From assembly GCA_040006775.1 (NCBI GenBank), contig JBDTWI010000008.1, forward strand, positions 1,262 to 65,261: a stretch of DNA of 64,000 bases, read 5' to 3'. Of the stretch, positions 36,276-46,015 are shown in pieces (the stretch's first letter is position 1; each line of letters begins with the position of its first letter). The notes below the pieces were generated by a model. That model was not told the DNA's origin and did no database searches. It saw only the letters and a program-made list of their open reading frames with translations. Position numbers and translations under genes: made by a program. Source of the DNA: Saprospiraceae bacterium. Lineage in GTDB: Bacteria > Bacteroidota > Bacteroidia > Chitinophagales > Saprospiraceae.

Positions 36276-37610
36276 ATGTCCAAAAAAATTCTACTCGAAC
36301 ATATCAATGTATCAGGGATAAATACCTTAGAAGTATTTGTACAACATGGAGGTTATCAATCTGTAAAAAAAGCCTTATCCATGAGTACTGATGAAGTGCT
36401 CGAAGAAGTTAAAAAATCCGGATTGCGAGGTCGTGGAGGAGCAGGATTTCCAACAGGAATGAAATGGTCTTTTTTAGATAAAAAATCGGATAAGCCGCGA
36501 TACTTGGTTTGCAATGCGGATGAATCTGAACCGGGAACATTCAAGGACAGATTTTTAATGGAAAAAATACCTCATGCACTAATTGAAGGGATGATTACCT
36601 CGTCTTATACACTTGGTGCAAACACTTCTTATATCTACGTTAGAGGTGAAATGATGCACGCCATAAGAATCTTAGAACAGGCTATACAAGAAGCTTACAA
36701 AGCAGGGTATTTAGGTAAAAACATATTGGGTTCAAATTATTCGCTTGATTTATATGTACATCCAGGAGGAGGAGCTTATATCTGTGGTGAAGAAACCGCA
36801 CTTTTGGAATCACTGGAAGGTAAAAGAGGAAATCCAAGAAACAAACCACCATTTCCTGCAGTTTGGGGACTTTATGGTTGTCCAACGGTAGTGAATAATG
36901 TAGAGACCATTGCAGACATTCCATGGATTGTGAATCATGGAGGAGATGCTTATGCTGCAATCGGTATTGGAAAAAGTACAGGAACAAAATTAATCTCAGC
37001 CTGCGGCAATATAAATAAGCCGGGAGTATATGAAATAGAATTGGGAATAACGGTTGAAGATTTTATTTACAGTGATCAGTATTGTGGTGGAATTCCCAAC
37101 GGAAAGAAACTTAAAGCAGTTGTTGCGGGAGGAAGTTCAGTACCTATTCTTCCATCAGAATTGATTCTAAAAACTGCAACAGGTGAACCAAGATTAATGA
37201 CTTATGAATCTCTTGGCGATGGAGGATTTGTTAGCGGTACGATGTTGGGCTCGGGTGGTTTTATAGTTTATGATGAAGACCAATGTATTGTTCGCAATCT
37301 TTGGAATTTTACAAGATTTTATCATCATGAATCTTGTGGTCAGTGCAGTCCTTGTAGAGAAGGAACCGGATGGATGGAAAAAGTATTGCACCGAATAGAG
37401 AATGGTCATGGAAAAATGTCAGATATAGATTTGTTAGTGGATATTGCCAAAAAAATTGAAGGCAAAACGATTTGTCCTTTAGGTGAAGCTGCTGCCTGGC
37501 CTGTTGCAAGTGCAATAAGACATTTCAGAGCTGAATTTGAAGAACATGTAATAAACCCGGAATCATGTTGTAAAAAACATTTGCACGGGCAATTGGAGCA
37601 CGCACATTAG
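36276..37610 (+). CDS. nuoF: NADH-quinone oxidoreductase subunit F
   Basis: 444 aa. GLRGRGGAGFPTGMKW (FMN/NADH site), CNADESEPGTFKDR and ESCGQCSPCREG (N3 cluster). Confidence 0.95.
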   Translation: MSKKILLEHINVSGINTLEVFVQHGGYQSVKKALSMSTDEVLEEVKKSGLRGRGGAGFPTGMKWSFLDKKSDKPRYLVCNADESEPGTFKDRFLMEKIPHALIEGMITSSYTLGANTSYIYVRGEMMHAIRILEQAIQEAYKAGYLGKNILGSNYSLDLYVHPGGGAYICGEETALLESLEGKRGNPRNKPPFPAVWGLYGCPTVVNNVETIADIPWIVNHGGDAYAAIGIGKSTGTKLISACGNINKPGVYEIELGITVEDFIYSDQYCGGIPNGKKLKAVVAGGSSVPILPSELILKTATGEPRLMTYESLGDGGFVSGTMLGSGGFIVYDEDQCIVRNLWNFTRFYHHESCGQCSPCREGTGWMEKVLHRIENGHGKMSDIDLLVDIAKKIEGKTICPLGEAAAWPVASAIRHFRAEFEEHVINPESCCKKHLHGQLEHAH

Positions 37611-37692
37611 TAATAAACAATTTAGAATTGCTAATGCAATATAAATTGAAAATTTTGATGTTAGAGAATTTAAGAATATTGAATTAAAGGTA

Positions 37693-38661
37693 ATGAGTGA
37701 TTTATTAAAAGTAACCATTGACGGAAATAGTATTGAAGTAGCTCAGGGCACTACTATACTACAAGCGGCAAGACTGATTGGAGTGAATTATCCTCCTGCA
37801 ATGTGCTATTATACTCCACTAAAAGAGACTGGGGGAAAATGCAGAGTTTGTTTGGTTAAAGTTACTCAGGGAAGCGAAGCGAATCCAAGACCAATGCCTA
37901 AATTGGTAGCAAGTTGTTTGACAAGAGTAGAACATGGAATGGTTGTTGAAAATGAAACTTCTCCTGAAGTTTTAGAAGCTAGAAAAGGAGTAGTTGAATT
38001 TTTATTAATTAATCATCCATTGGATTGTCCAATTTGTGATCAGGCTGGTGAGTGTGATCTTCAGAATCTTTCCTATGAACATGGTACTGAAGCGACACGT
38101 TACGAAGAAGAAAGGCGTGAGTTTGATAAAATTGATATTGGTGAGAATATACAGTTGCACATGACTAGATGCATACTGTGTTATAGATGTGTATACACTG
38201 CGGATCAGTTGACAAATTCAAGAGTCCATGGAGTTTTGAATAGAGGTGATGTATCTGAAATCGGCACTTATATTCAGAATTCAATACAGAATGATTTTTC
38301 AGGAAATATTATCGATGTCTGTCCGGTCGGTGCACTGACAGATAAAAAATATAGATTCAAGCAACGAGTTTGGTTTTCGAAACCATTTAATGCTGAAAGA
38401 GCATGTCCAAAGTGTTCAGGTGAAGTTATTCTTTGGATAAAAAATAATGAGGTCATTCGTGTGACAGCAAGAAAAGACAAATTTGGAGAAGTAGAAAAAT
38501 TTATTTGTAATGATTGTCGATTTGATCACAAGAATTTGAATGATTGGAATGTTGGAGAAGCGAGAGACATGGACAAAGATTCAGTAATTACAGCTAATAA
38601 ATATCATGAATCAGTTCATTCACCAGCAATTAATGTTGATGCTAAATTTGTTTCAGAATGA
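37693..38661 (+). CDS. nuoG: NADH-quinone oxidoreductase subunit G, short form (Fe-S N-terminal module only)
   Basis: 322 aa. A 2Fe-2S ferredoxin-like start (CYYT..GKCRVCLV), HPLDCPICDQAGECDLQ and CILCYRCV. It ends before any molybdopterin-like domain. Confidence 0.85.
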   Translation: MSDLLKVTIDGNSIEVAQGTTILQAARLIGVNYPPAMCYYTPLKETGGKCRVCLVKVTQGSEANPRPMPKLVASCLTRVEHGMVVENETSPEVLEARKGVVEFLLINHPLDCPICDQAGECDLQNLSYEHGTEATRYEEERREFDKIDIGENIQLHMTRCILCYRCVYTADQLTNSRVHGVLNRGDVSEIGTYIQNSIQNDFSGNIIDVCPVGALTDKKYRFKQRVWFSKPFNAERACPKCSGEVILWIKNNEVIRVTARKDKFGEVEKFICNDCRFDHKNLNDWNVGEARDMDKDSVITANKYHESVHSPAINVDAKFVSE

Positions 38662-39677
38662 GTTGGATAATTCTTAAACTAATTTTCATATCAGTGATAT
38701 TTGGAATCTCACTTTTTGTAGCAATGTATTCCACTTATGCAGAAAGAAAAATAGCTGCATTTCTACAAGATAGAATTGGACCAAACAGAGCAGGGCCTTT
38801 TGGTTTATTACAACCATTAGCAGACGGAGTAAAATTATTCTTCAAAGAAGAATTTATACCTAATAAAGCAGACAGATGGTTGTTTTTAATGGGACCTGGG
38901 TTTTTTATGGTAACAGCATTGATGACAAGTGCAGTGATTCCATTTGGACCAGATATAATGGTTGATGGTAAACCATTTTCACTTCAAGCAACAGACATCA
39001 ACGTTGGTTTATTGTATATTTTTGGTGTGGTATCTCTAGGAGTTTACGGAATCCTAATTGGAGGTTGGGCATCAAACAATAAATTTTCTCTACTAGGTGC
39101 AATTCGCGCAGCATCACAGAATATAAGTTATGAATTGGCGATGGGCTTGTCCATTGTTGCCTTGGTGATGATGACTTCTTCTTTGTCTATTAAAGAAATA
39201 GTAGATCAGCAGGCAGGTTGGCATTGGAACATTTTTTATCAACCATTGGGCTTTTTAATATTTTTAATTTGTGCATTTGCTGAAACAAATCGCGCCCCTT
39301 TTGATCTACCTGAATGTGAAACAGAATTGGTCGGAGGTTATCATACAGAGTATTCTTCGATGAAGCTAGGATTTTATTTATTTGCTGAATACATCAACAT
39401 GTTTGTAAGCAGTGCAATATTAGCAACCTTATTTTTCGGAGGATATCATTTTCCAGGAGTATCTTCAATGGAACCGGGTATTTTGAAAACTTCTTTGTGC
39501 GTTGCAGTAATGTTTGGAAAAATATTCTTTTTTATATTTTTCTTTATGTGGGTAAGATGGACCCTTCCTAGATTTCGATTTGATCAACTGATGAATTTGG
39601 GTTGGAGAGTATTAATACCTTTAGCAGTAATTAATTTATTAATAACAGGTTTAGTGATTTTATATAAAATGATGTAA
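38658..39677 (+). CDS. nuoH: NADH-quinone oxidoreductase subunit H
   Basis: 339 aa, ND1 family (AERKIAAFLQDRIGPNR, ETNRAPFDLPE.E.ELV.GY..EYS). ATGA overlap with nuoG. Confidence 0.95.
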   Translation: MSWIILKLIFISVIFGISLFVAMYSTYAERKIAAFLQDRIGPNRAGPFGLLQPLADGVKLFFKEEFIPNKADRWLFLMGPGFFMVTALMTSAVIPFGPDIMVDGKPFSLQATDINVGLLYIFGVVSLGVYGILIGGWASNNKFSLLGAIRAASQNISYELAMGLSIVALVMMTSSLSIKEIVDQQAGWHWNIFYQPLGFLIFLICAFAETNRAPFDLPECETELVGGYHTEYSSMKLGFYLFAEYINMFVSSAILATLFFGGYHFPGVSSMEPGILKTSLCVAVMFGKIFFFIFFFMWVRWTLPRFRFDQLMNLGWRVLIPLAVINLLITGLVILYKMM

Positions 39678-39683
39678 CTAACT

Positions 39684-40196
39684 ATGAGTATAGTAAGATT
39701 GACAGATAGAATTAAAGTGATGGAACGCAAACCTATGAATTTCATGGAGCGTATTTATCTTCCTGCTATTTTAAAAGGCATGGGTATTACTATAAGTCAT
39801 TTTTTTAAGAAAAAAGCTACCATCTCTTATCCTGAACAAAAAAGACCAATGAGTGAAGTCTTCAGGGGATTGCACATCTTAAAGAGAGATGAAAATGGAG
39901 CAGAAAGATGCACAGCTTGTGGCTTATGTGCTTTGGCATGTCCTGCTGAAGCAATAAGTATGACAGCTGCGGAAAGAAAAAAAGGGGAAGAATTATTGTA
40001 TCGAGAAGAAAAATACGCAGCGATATATGAAATCAATATGCTGCGATGCATTTTTTGTGGATTATGCGAAGAGGCATGTCCTAAGGCAGCAATTTTTATG
40101 CAGAATGATAAGATGGCTGCAGCAAGTTATGAAAGAGAAGAATTCATTTATGGAAAGGATCGATTAGTTGAACCATTTTTACAATCGAAAATATGA
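39684..40196 (+). CDS. nuoI: NADH-quinone oxidoreductase subunit I
   Basis: 170 aa. Two 4Fe-4S motifs, CTACGLCALACP and CIFCGLCEEACP. Confidence 0.95.
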   Translation: MSIVRLTDRIKVMERKPMNFMERIYLPAILKGMGITISHFFKKKATISYPEQKRPMSEVFRGLHILKRDENGAERCTACGLCALACPAEAISMTAAERKKGEELLYREEKYAAIYEINMLRCIFCGLCEEACPKAAIFMQNDKMAAASYEREEFIYGKDRLVEPFLQSKI

Positions 40197-40699
40197 TTGA
40201 CAAGGTATTTTATTTTCTATCCATAGCCACTGTTATAAGTGCAACTCTTGTAGTGGTTAGCAAACATCCAATAAAAAGTGTTTTATTTCTGGTATTGACT
40301 TTCTTTTTAATTTCTGCACACTATGTACTCTTGAACGCGCAATTCCTGGCAATGGTTAACATTGTAGTTTATGCAGGAGCCATAATGGTACTTTTTTTAT
40401 TTGTAATAATGTTTTTAAATTTGAACAAAGAGATCGAACAACACAAAAGTTTAATCCCCTGGTTTATAGCAATAATAAGTGGTGGTTGTTTTTTACTGAT
40501 TACCATGTCTGCCTTAAGTAAAACTGAATTGATTAGCTCTGTTGAACATTCATCAAGCCTGGGATTGGTTGAAAATTTAGGTAATGTTCTTTATAAGGAA
40601 TATTTATTGCCGATGGAATTAAGTGCAGTGCTGTTCTTAATTGCTATGGCAGGTGTAGTATTGTTAAGTAGGAAAGAAAAAATTGTAGATACAAAATAA
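40193..40699 (+). CDS. nuoJ: NADH-quinone oxidoreductase subunit J
   Basis: 168 aa, ND6-like hydrophobic protein at the expected operon position. Overlaps nuoI by 4 nt. Confidence 0.85.
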   Translation: MIDKVFYFLSIATVISATLVVVSKHPIKSVLFLVLTFFLISAHYVLLNAQFLAMVNIVVYAGAIMVLFLFVIMFLNLNKEIEQHKSLIPWFIAIISGGCFLLITMSALSKTELISSVEHSSSLGLVENLGNVLYKEYLLPMELSAVLFLIAMAGVVLLSRKEKIVDTK

Positions 40700-40703
40700 G
40701 ATT

Positions 40704-41036
40704 ATGGAAACAGCTTCTCCTGAAATTTTTTCTAGCATTCCTCTAACGCACTATATTCTGCTAAGTACTACCTTATTCGTAATAGGACTTATTGGAGTTA
40801 TGGTTAGAAAAAACATTATTATAGTTTTTATGTGCATTGAAATTATGCTAAATGCTGCAAATTTAATGTTGACTGCAACATCTGTTTATTACAACAATCC
40901 AGGAGGACAAATAATGGTATTTTTTACAATGACTGTTGCAGCCGCAGAAGTTGCAGTTGGATTGGCAATAATAGTAATGGCATTCAAGAATTTGAATACC
41001 ACCAATATTGACTTATTTAATAAACTAAAAGGATAA
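40704..41036 (+). CDS. nuoK: NADH-quinone oxidoreductase subunit K
   Basis: 110 aa, ND4L-like, three TM helices (IEIMLNAANL..AAAEVAVGLAI). Confidence 0.9.
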   Translation: METASPEIFSSIPLTHYILLSTTLFVIGLIGVMVRKNIIIVFMCIEIMLNAANLMLTATSVYYNNPGGQIMVFFTMTVAAAEVAVGLAIIVMAFKNLNTTNIDLFNKLKG

Positions 41037-41050
41037 TACAAGGCAAAAAA

Positions 41051-42940
41051 ATGAATCCTGAAATACTCATTCATCTCATTATTTGGCCGACATTCATAGG
41101 CTTCATCATTAATGGATTATTTGGCAGTATGTTGTCAAAAACTGCAAGTGGAATAATTGCTTGTGCTGGTCCCTTAATTGGATTTTTAGCAACACTTTAT
41201 CTTTACTTGACTAATCCATTGTTAGAAGCAATTAACTATTCTTATTATAATTGGTTCTCGATTGGTTTAGCCAATCCCGTAAACTTCAGTATATACATTG
41301 ATCATCTTACCATATTAATGTTGTTTATCGTAACCGGAGTTGGTACTTTAATTCATGTTTATTCCATTGGATATATGCATGAGGATAAAGGATTCAGTAG
41401 GTTTTTTGCCTATCTTAATCTTTTTCTATTTTCAATGCTCTTATTGATTACTGGATCTAATTTGATTTTGTTGTTTGCAGGATGGGAAGGAGTTGGATTG
41501 TGTTCGTTTCTTCTTATTGGATTTTGGTTTAAAAATCCCGAATATAATAAGGCTGCCAGAAAAGCTTTTGTAATGAATAGGATTGGTGACCTTGGATTTA
41601 TTTTAGGAATCTTTTTATTGGCAATAAAATTTAATTCTGTAGACATTGTAAAAATTCAAGGAAGTTTTGCAAATCTTTCAATGAATGATCCTAGTATTAT
41701 CTTGATAACAATTTTATTATTTATTGGAGTTTGTGGTAAATCTGCTCAAATTCCATTATTCACATGGTTGCCTGATGCTATGGCAGGTCCAACCCCGGTT
41801 TCTGCACTAATACATGCAGCAACTATGGTTACTGCCGGTATTTATTTAGTGGCAAGGATGAATATACTTTTCAGTCTTGCTCCTTTTACATTAAATGTAA
41901 TATTGTTTGTTGGTGTAGCTACAGCAATTATTGCTGCTACTATTGCACTGAAACAAAATGATATTAAAAAAGTACTTGCTTATTCAACTGTAAGTCAATT
42001 GGGATATATGGCCTCTGCTTTAGGTGTAGCTGCATATTCGACCGCCATTTTTCATGTCATGACTCATGCTTTTTTTAAAGCTTTGTTGTTCTTAAGTGCG
42101 GGAAGCGTTATTCATGGATTACATGGGGAACAGGACATTAAGAATATGGGTGGCCTTAAGAAAAAAATGTTCTGGACACATCTAGTTTTTTTAATTGGAA
42201 CACTAGCCATAACGGGCTGTCCTCCTTTTGCTGGTTTCTTTTCAAAGGATGAAATATTAAGTTCAGTATACAGCTGGAATTTTTGGGCTTTTGTTGGTTT
42301 GTCTTTTGCAAGCATATGTACAGCTTGGTATATGTTTAGATTATACTTTAGCACTTTTCATGGAGAATTCAGAGGGGATAAGCATGTATGGAATCATGTA
42401 CATGAATCTTCATGGATCATGTTGTTCCCACTTGTAGTTTTAGCAATTTTATCTATTCTTGGAGGATTTGCCGGTATGCCGGAAATATTGTCTGAAAGAC
42501 ATTTTCTACATGATTTTCTTAAATATAATGTTGTTGATCACACCCATCATGTAAATCATTTTTTCGAATATTGTTTATGGTCCGTAACAGTTCTTGCATT
42601 GGCTATAATTGTTTGGTTAACATACAATAGATACGCTAAATCAAGCAAAGAAAAATTCGAATTAGAACCAACAGGATTCTCTAAATTATTTGCAAATAAA
42701 TATTACTTAGACGAAATCTTTGCCAACATATTTACAAATCCATTGAAAAGATTAGGTTCTTGGTTTAAAAATACTTTCGATTCCAAAGTAATTGACATTT
42801 TGGTGCAACTACCTGGAAATACATTAGATAAAGCAAGTATAGAATTGAAACCAATTCAATCTGGCAATATAAGTTGGTATATCATTAGTATCCTTGTCGG
42901 ATTAATATTTTTTGCAATTCTATTTTTAGTAAAATTATAA
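41051..42940 (+). CDS. nuoL: NADH-quinone oxidoreductase subunit L
   Basis: 629 aa, ND5/antiporter-like (GWEGVGLCSFLLIGFW, KSAQIPLFTWLPDAMAGPTPVSALIHAATMV). Confidence 0.95.
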   Translation: MNPEILIHLIIWPTFIGFIINGLFGSMLSKTASGIIACAGPLIGFLATLYLYLTNPLLEAINYSYYNWFSIGLANPVNFSIYIDHLTILMLFIVTGVGTLIHVYSIGYMHEDKGFSRFFAYLNLFLFSMLLLITGSNLILLFAGWEGVGLCSFLLIGFWFKNPEYNKAARKAFVMNRIGDLGFILGIFLLAIKFNSVDIVKIQGSFANLSMNDPSIILITILLFIGVCGKSAQIPLFTWLPDAMAGPTPVSALIHAATMVTAGIYLVARMNILFSLAPFTLNVILFVGVATAIIAATIALKQNDIKKVLAYSTVSQLGYMASALGVAAYSTAIFHVMTHAFFKALLFLSAGSVIHGLHGEQDIKNMGGLKKKMFWTHLVFLIGTLAITGCPPFAGFFSKDEILSSVYSWNFWAFVGLSFASICTAWYMFRLYFSTFHGEFRGDKHVWNHVHESSWIMLFPLVVLAILSILGGFAGMPEILSERHFLHDFLKYNVVDHTHHVNHFFEYCLWSVTVLALAIIVWLTYNRYAKSSKEKFELEPTGFSKLFANKYYLDEIFANIFTNPLKRLGSWFKNTFDSKVIDILVQLPGNTLDKASIELKPIQSGNISWYIISILVGLIFFAILFLVKL

Positions 42941-42945
42941 TCAGC

Positions 42946-44397
42946 ATGGATTCTATACTATCTCTAATTTTATTTCCTTTATTCTTTGCATTGCTGATTG
43001 CTTTTCTAAATAAAAAATATGCTGCAGGAATTGCTTTAACAGGATCTGGTCTAAGTTTATTTTATTTTTTGTACTTGTTAAGTGGTTTTAAAAACAGTTT
43101 AAAAGTACTGAATGAATTTTCAATTCCATGGATTCCCGGAATTGAAGCAGAGTTGCATTTTGGGCTTGATTCATTGTCGATTTTCATGTTGCTTTTAACT
43201 TGTTTAGTATTTCCAATTGGAATACTCGCATCCATGAAGTACGAGGAACACCGAAGTAAATCCTATTACATATTGCTGCTCATTGGTTTAACCGCTTTAC
43301 TTGGATTCTTTAGTGCTCAAAATGATATTACTTTTTACGTATTTTTTGAATTGGCACTCATCCCTTTCTATTTTATAATATTGATGTACGGTGGTTCGAA
43401 TCGGAAGAAAGCGGTATTTAAATTTTTAATGTTTACTGTATTCGGAAGCTTCTTAATGTTAGCAGCAATAATTTACTTCCACTCATTAACTGGAATCAAC
43501 AAAACATCGGATTGGGCCATGTTATATGATATGGAAATAAGTCTATCTGCCCAAACCTGGATTCTTGCTGGAATTTTCATTGCATTTGCAATCAAATCTC
43601 CATTGTTTCCATTTCATACCTGGCAGGCTGATTTGTATTCAGAAGGTGATAGACCTACAATAATTATTATAGCAGCAGTATTGTCCAAAATGGGATTGTT
43701 TGGTCTGTTGAGATTTTTCAATGTTGTTGATGATGCAATACTTCATTATCAGATGCCATTAATTATATTATGTCTGATTGGAATAATTTATGCCGCTCTG
43801 GTTGCCTGGAGACAATCTTCAATGAGCAGATTGTTGGCTTATTCATCTCTTTCACATATGGGAATGATTGCAGCCGGAATACTGACAGCAAGTATATCAG
43901 GATTACAAGGATCTATATTTCAAATGCTTTCACATGGAATTGTTGCTGCGGGATTATTTTTTATAGTTGATTTAATAATGTTTAGAACCAATAATTCTAG
44001 TATTTATGGAAGCGCAGGAATTGCAAGTACTCAACCAAAACTTGCAACTTATTTCTTCTTACTTTGCTTAGCTTCAGTTGGTCTCCCACTAACTAGTGGT
44101 TTCATTGGTGAATTTGATATATTATTGGGCTTGGCAAATACAAATATTTATTTGTCTGCAATTGCGGGATTAAGCTTAATTTTTGGTGCAATTTATACTT
44201 TAAGGTTTTATCAGAAATCTATGTTTGGTGAAATGATTGAATCAAATAATGAATGGGCACCAATCACATTGAATGAAGATTATGTGCTTATAATTTTAGT
44301 GATACTAGTTTTAGCTTTTGGTTTTTTCCCTTCTTCCTGGTTAGACTTAGCAGATCAGGCAACTGCAAGTTTTGTTCATTTAAAATCTAAGATTTAA
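42946..44397 (+). CDS. nuoM: NADH-quinone oxidoreductase subunit M
   Basis: 483 aa, ND4-like (AIKSPLFPFHTWQADLYSEG, LAYSSLSHMG). Confidence 0.9.
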   Translation: MDSILSLILFPLFFALLIAFLNKKYAAGIALTGSGLSLFYFLYLLSGFKNSLKVLNEFSIPWIPGIEAELHFGLDSLSIFMLLLTCLVFPIGILASMKYEEHRSKSYYILLLIGLTALLGFFSAQNDITFYVFFELALIPFYFIILMYGGSNRKKAVFKFLMFTVFGSFLMLAAIIYFHSLTGINKTSDWAMLYDMEISLSAQTWILAGIFIAFAIKSPLFPFHTWQADLYSEGDRPTIIIIAAVLSKMGLFGLLRFFNVVDDAILHYQMPLIILCLIGIIYAALVAWRQSSMSRLLAYSSLSHMGMIAAGILTASISGLQGSIFQMLSHGIVAAGLFFIVDLIMFRTNNSSIYGSAGIASTQPKLATYFFLLCLASVGLPLTSGFIGEFDILLGLANTNIYLSAIAGLSLIFGAIYTLRFYQKSMFGEMIESNNEWAPITLNEDYVLIILVILVLAFGFFPSSWLDLADQATASFVHLKSKI

Positions 44398-44402
44398 TAC
44401 CT

Positions 44403-45761
44403 ATGCTGTCTATAGTAATATTAACCATATTTGCAACAGTTGTTCTTTATCTGGGTTTTTTGAAGAATAGGAACATCATAATCCCTATTGCATTGTTTGC
44501 TGTTTTATTAGCAGCATATTGCTTATTAAGTAACCAAAATCTATGGAATAATTGGTTCATGAATATGATGGAAATTAAAGATTCATCTAAAGCTTTCAGC
44601 CTATTAATTTTATTTACCGCCGCTTGCATTATCCCTTTTCTAAATGTATTCAAAAAAAGAGGTAGTGAAGAATTGGCTGACTTTTCAGGAATACTTTTGT
44701 ACTCATTAATTGGTGGAATAATGATGGTCAGTTATTCAGATCTAATAATCTTATTTCTAGGCTTAGAAATTTTGTCCATTGCAATGTATATTTTGGCCGG
44801 AGCAGACAGAAAAAAGATAAGTTCAAGTGAAGCGAGCATGAAATATTTTATAATAGGTGCGTTTGCAAGTGCAATTCTTTTATTTGGAATTTCCTTATAC
44901 TACGCAAGCTCGGGATCATTTAGATTAGACGTTACTGTTGTTCATTCATCCGCATTGCTCAATTTAAGTTATTTATTAATTTTTTGTGGCTTAGCTTTTA
45001 AAATTGCCTTGGTGCCTTTTCATTTCTGGGCACCGGATGTTTATCAAGGAACGCCAACAATATTTACAGCTACAATGGCAACCATCGTAAAAATTTCTGC
45101 TTTTGGTGCGCTCTATCAATTCATTAGAATCTGTGGAGCAAACATGTCAGAATGGTTGTATTGGTTATTGAGTTTTGTAGCAATATTGTCAATATTTTTG
45201 GCCAACATAATGGCCATTAGTCAACACAGTGTAAAAAGATTATTAGCCTATTCAGGAATTGCACAAGCAGGTTTTATCTTAATTGGACTTTTGCAATTTC
45301 AACCAGACAAAACTTGGATAATCTTGTATTACCTTGTCGCATATACCTTAGCATCACTTGCTTGCTTTTTTGCTTGTCATTTCATTGAAGTCAAAAATGG
45401 TAATGATGATCACTCTGCATTTAAAGGCTTGTATTACAGCAATCCATTTCTGGCAATAGTATTGAGTATCGCATTAATATCTTTAAGTGGAGGGCCTTTA
45501 ACAGCGGGCTTTATGGCAAAATTATTTGTACTTACTAATGCAGCACAGATTGGAAATATTGCATTGGTTGTCTTTGCTCTAATATTGGCAGTAATTTCTC
45601 TATACTATTATTTTAGAATAATTAATTTGATGTTCACACGAACAAATATTGAACATTCCTGGCAAGTCGATATGCCATACAAAGGATTATTGGCCTTGTT
45701 ATCCATTGGAACATTAGTAGCTGGTATTGCACCATATCTTCTGGTAAATTTATTAAAATAG
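44403..45761 (+). CDS. nuoN: NADH-quinone oxidoreductase subunit N
   Basis: 452 aa, ND2-like (FKIALVPFHFWAPDVYQGTPT, LLAYSGIAQAG). Last gene of the cluster. Confidence 0.9.
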   Translation: MLSIVILTIFATVVLYLGFLKNRNIIIPIALFAVLLAAYCLLSNQNLWNNWFMNMMEIKDSSKAFSLLILFTAACIIPFLNVFKKRGSEELADFSGILLYSLIGGIMMVSYSDLIILFLGLEILSIAMYILAGADRKKISSSEASMKYFIIGAFASAILLFGISLYYASSGSFRLDVTVVHSSALLNLSYLLIFCGLAFKIALVPFHFWAPDVYQGTPTIFTATMATIVKISAFGALYQFIRICGANMSEWLYWLLSFVAILSIFLANIMAISQHSVKRLLAYSGIAQAGFILIGLLQFQPDKTWIILYYLVAYTLASLACFFACHFIEVKNGNDDHSAFKGLYYSNPFLAIVLSIALISLSGGPLTAGFMAKLFVLTNAAQIGNIALVVFALILAVISLYYYFRIINLMFTRTNIEHSWQVDMPYKGLLALLSIGTLVAGIAPYLLVNLLK

Positions 45762-46015
45762 AAGAGAAATTTTATAGTTCTATTATTTTTTTCCATCACT
45801 TTTATAAATATTTTCAATGAAGCAAGTGGCTACTATTGGATTTTATTTTCAATCGAATTTACCATTCAATGCAATTTATTTTCAATTTTGTTGATTGAAC
45901 TATTTTTCAATTCATTACGATTACACTTTTCGATATGAAATATTTGTTTTCTACAATTTCTATAAGTGAGTATTGAGAAGAGTAAATAATAGTAGTATAG
46001 CCCTATCTTTGTAGT

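Noticed and set aside
43393-43402. GGTTCGAATC, a tRNA T-arm-like string
   Set aside because: It sits inside the nuoM coding frame, and there is no surrounding cloverleaf (no acceptor or anticodon stems).
45800-45925. Four TTTTCAAT motifs in the nuoN-holB spacer as a possible replication origin or DnaA-box cluster
   Set aside because: The motif does not resemble the DnaA box consensus. No dnaA or dnaN gene is nearby. Such A/T-rich octamers are expected by chance in this composition.
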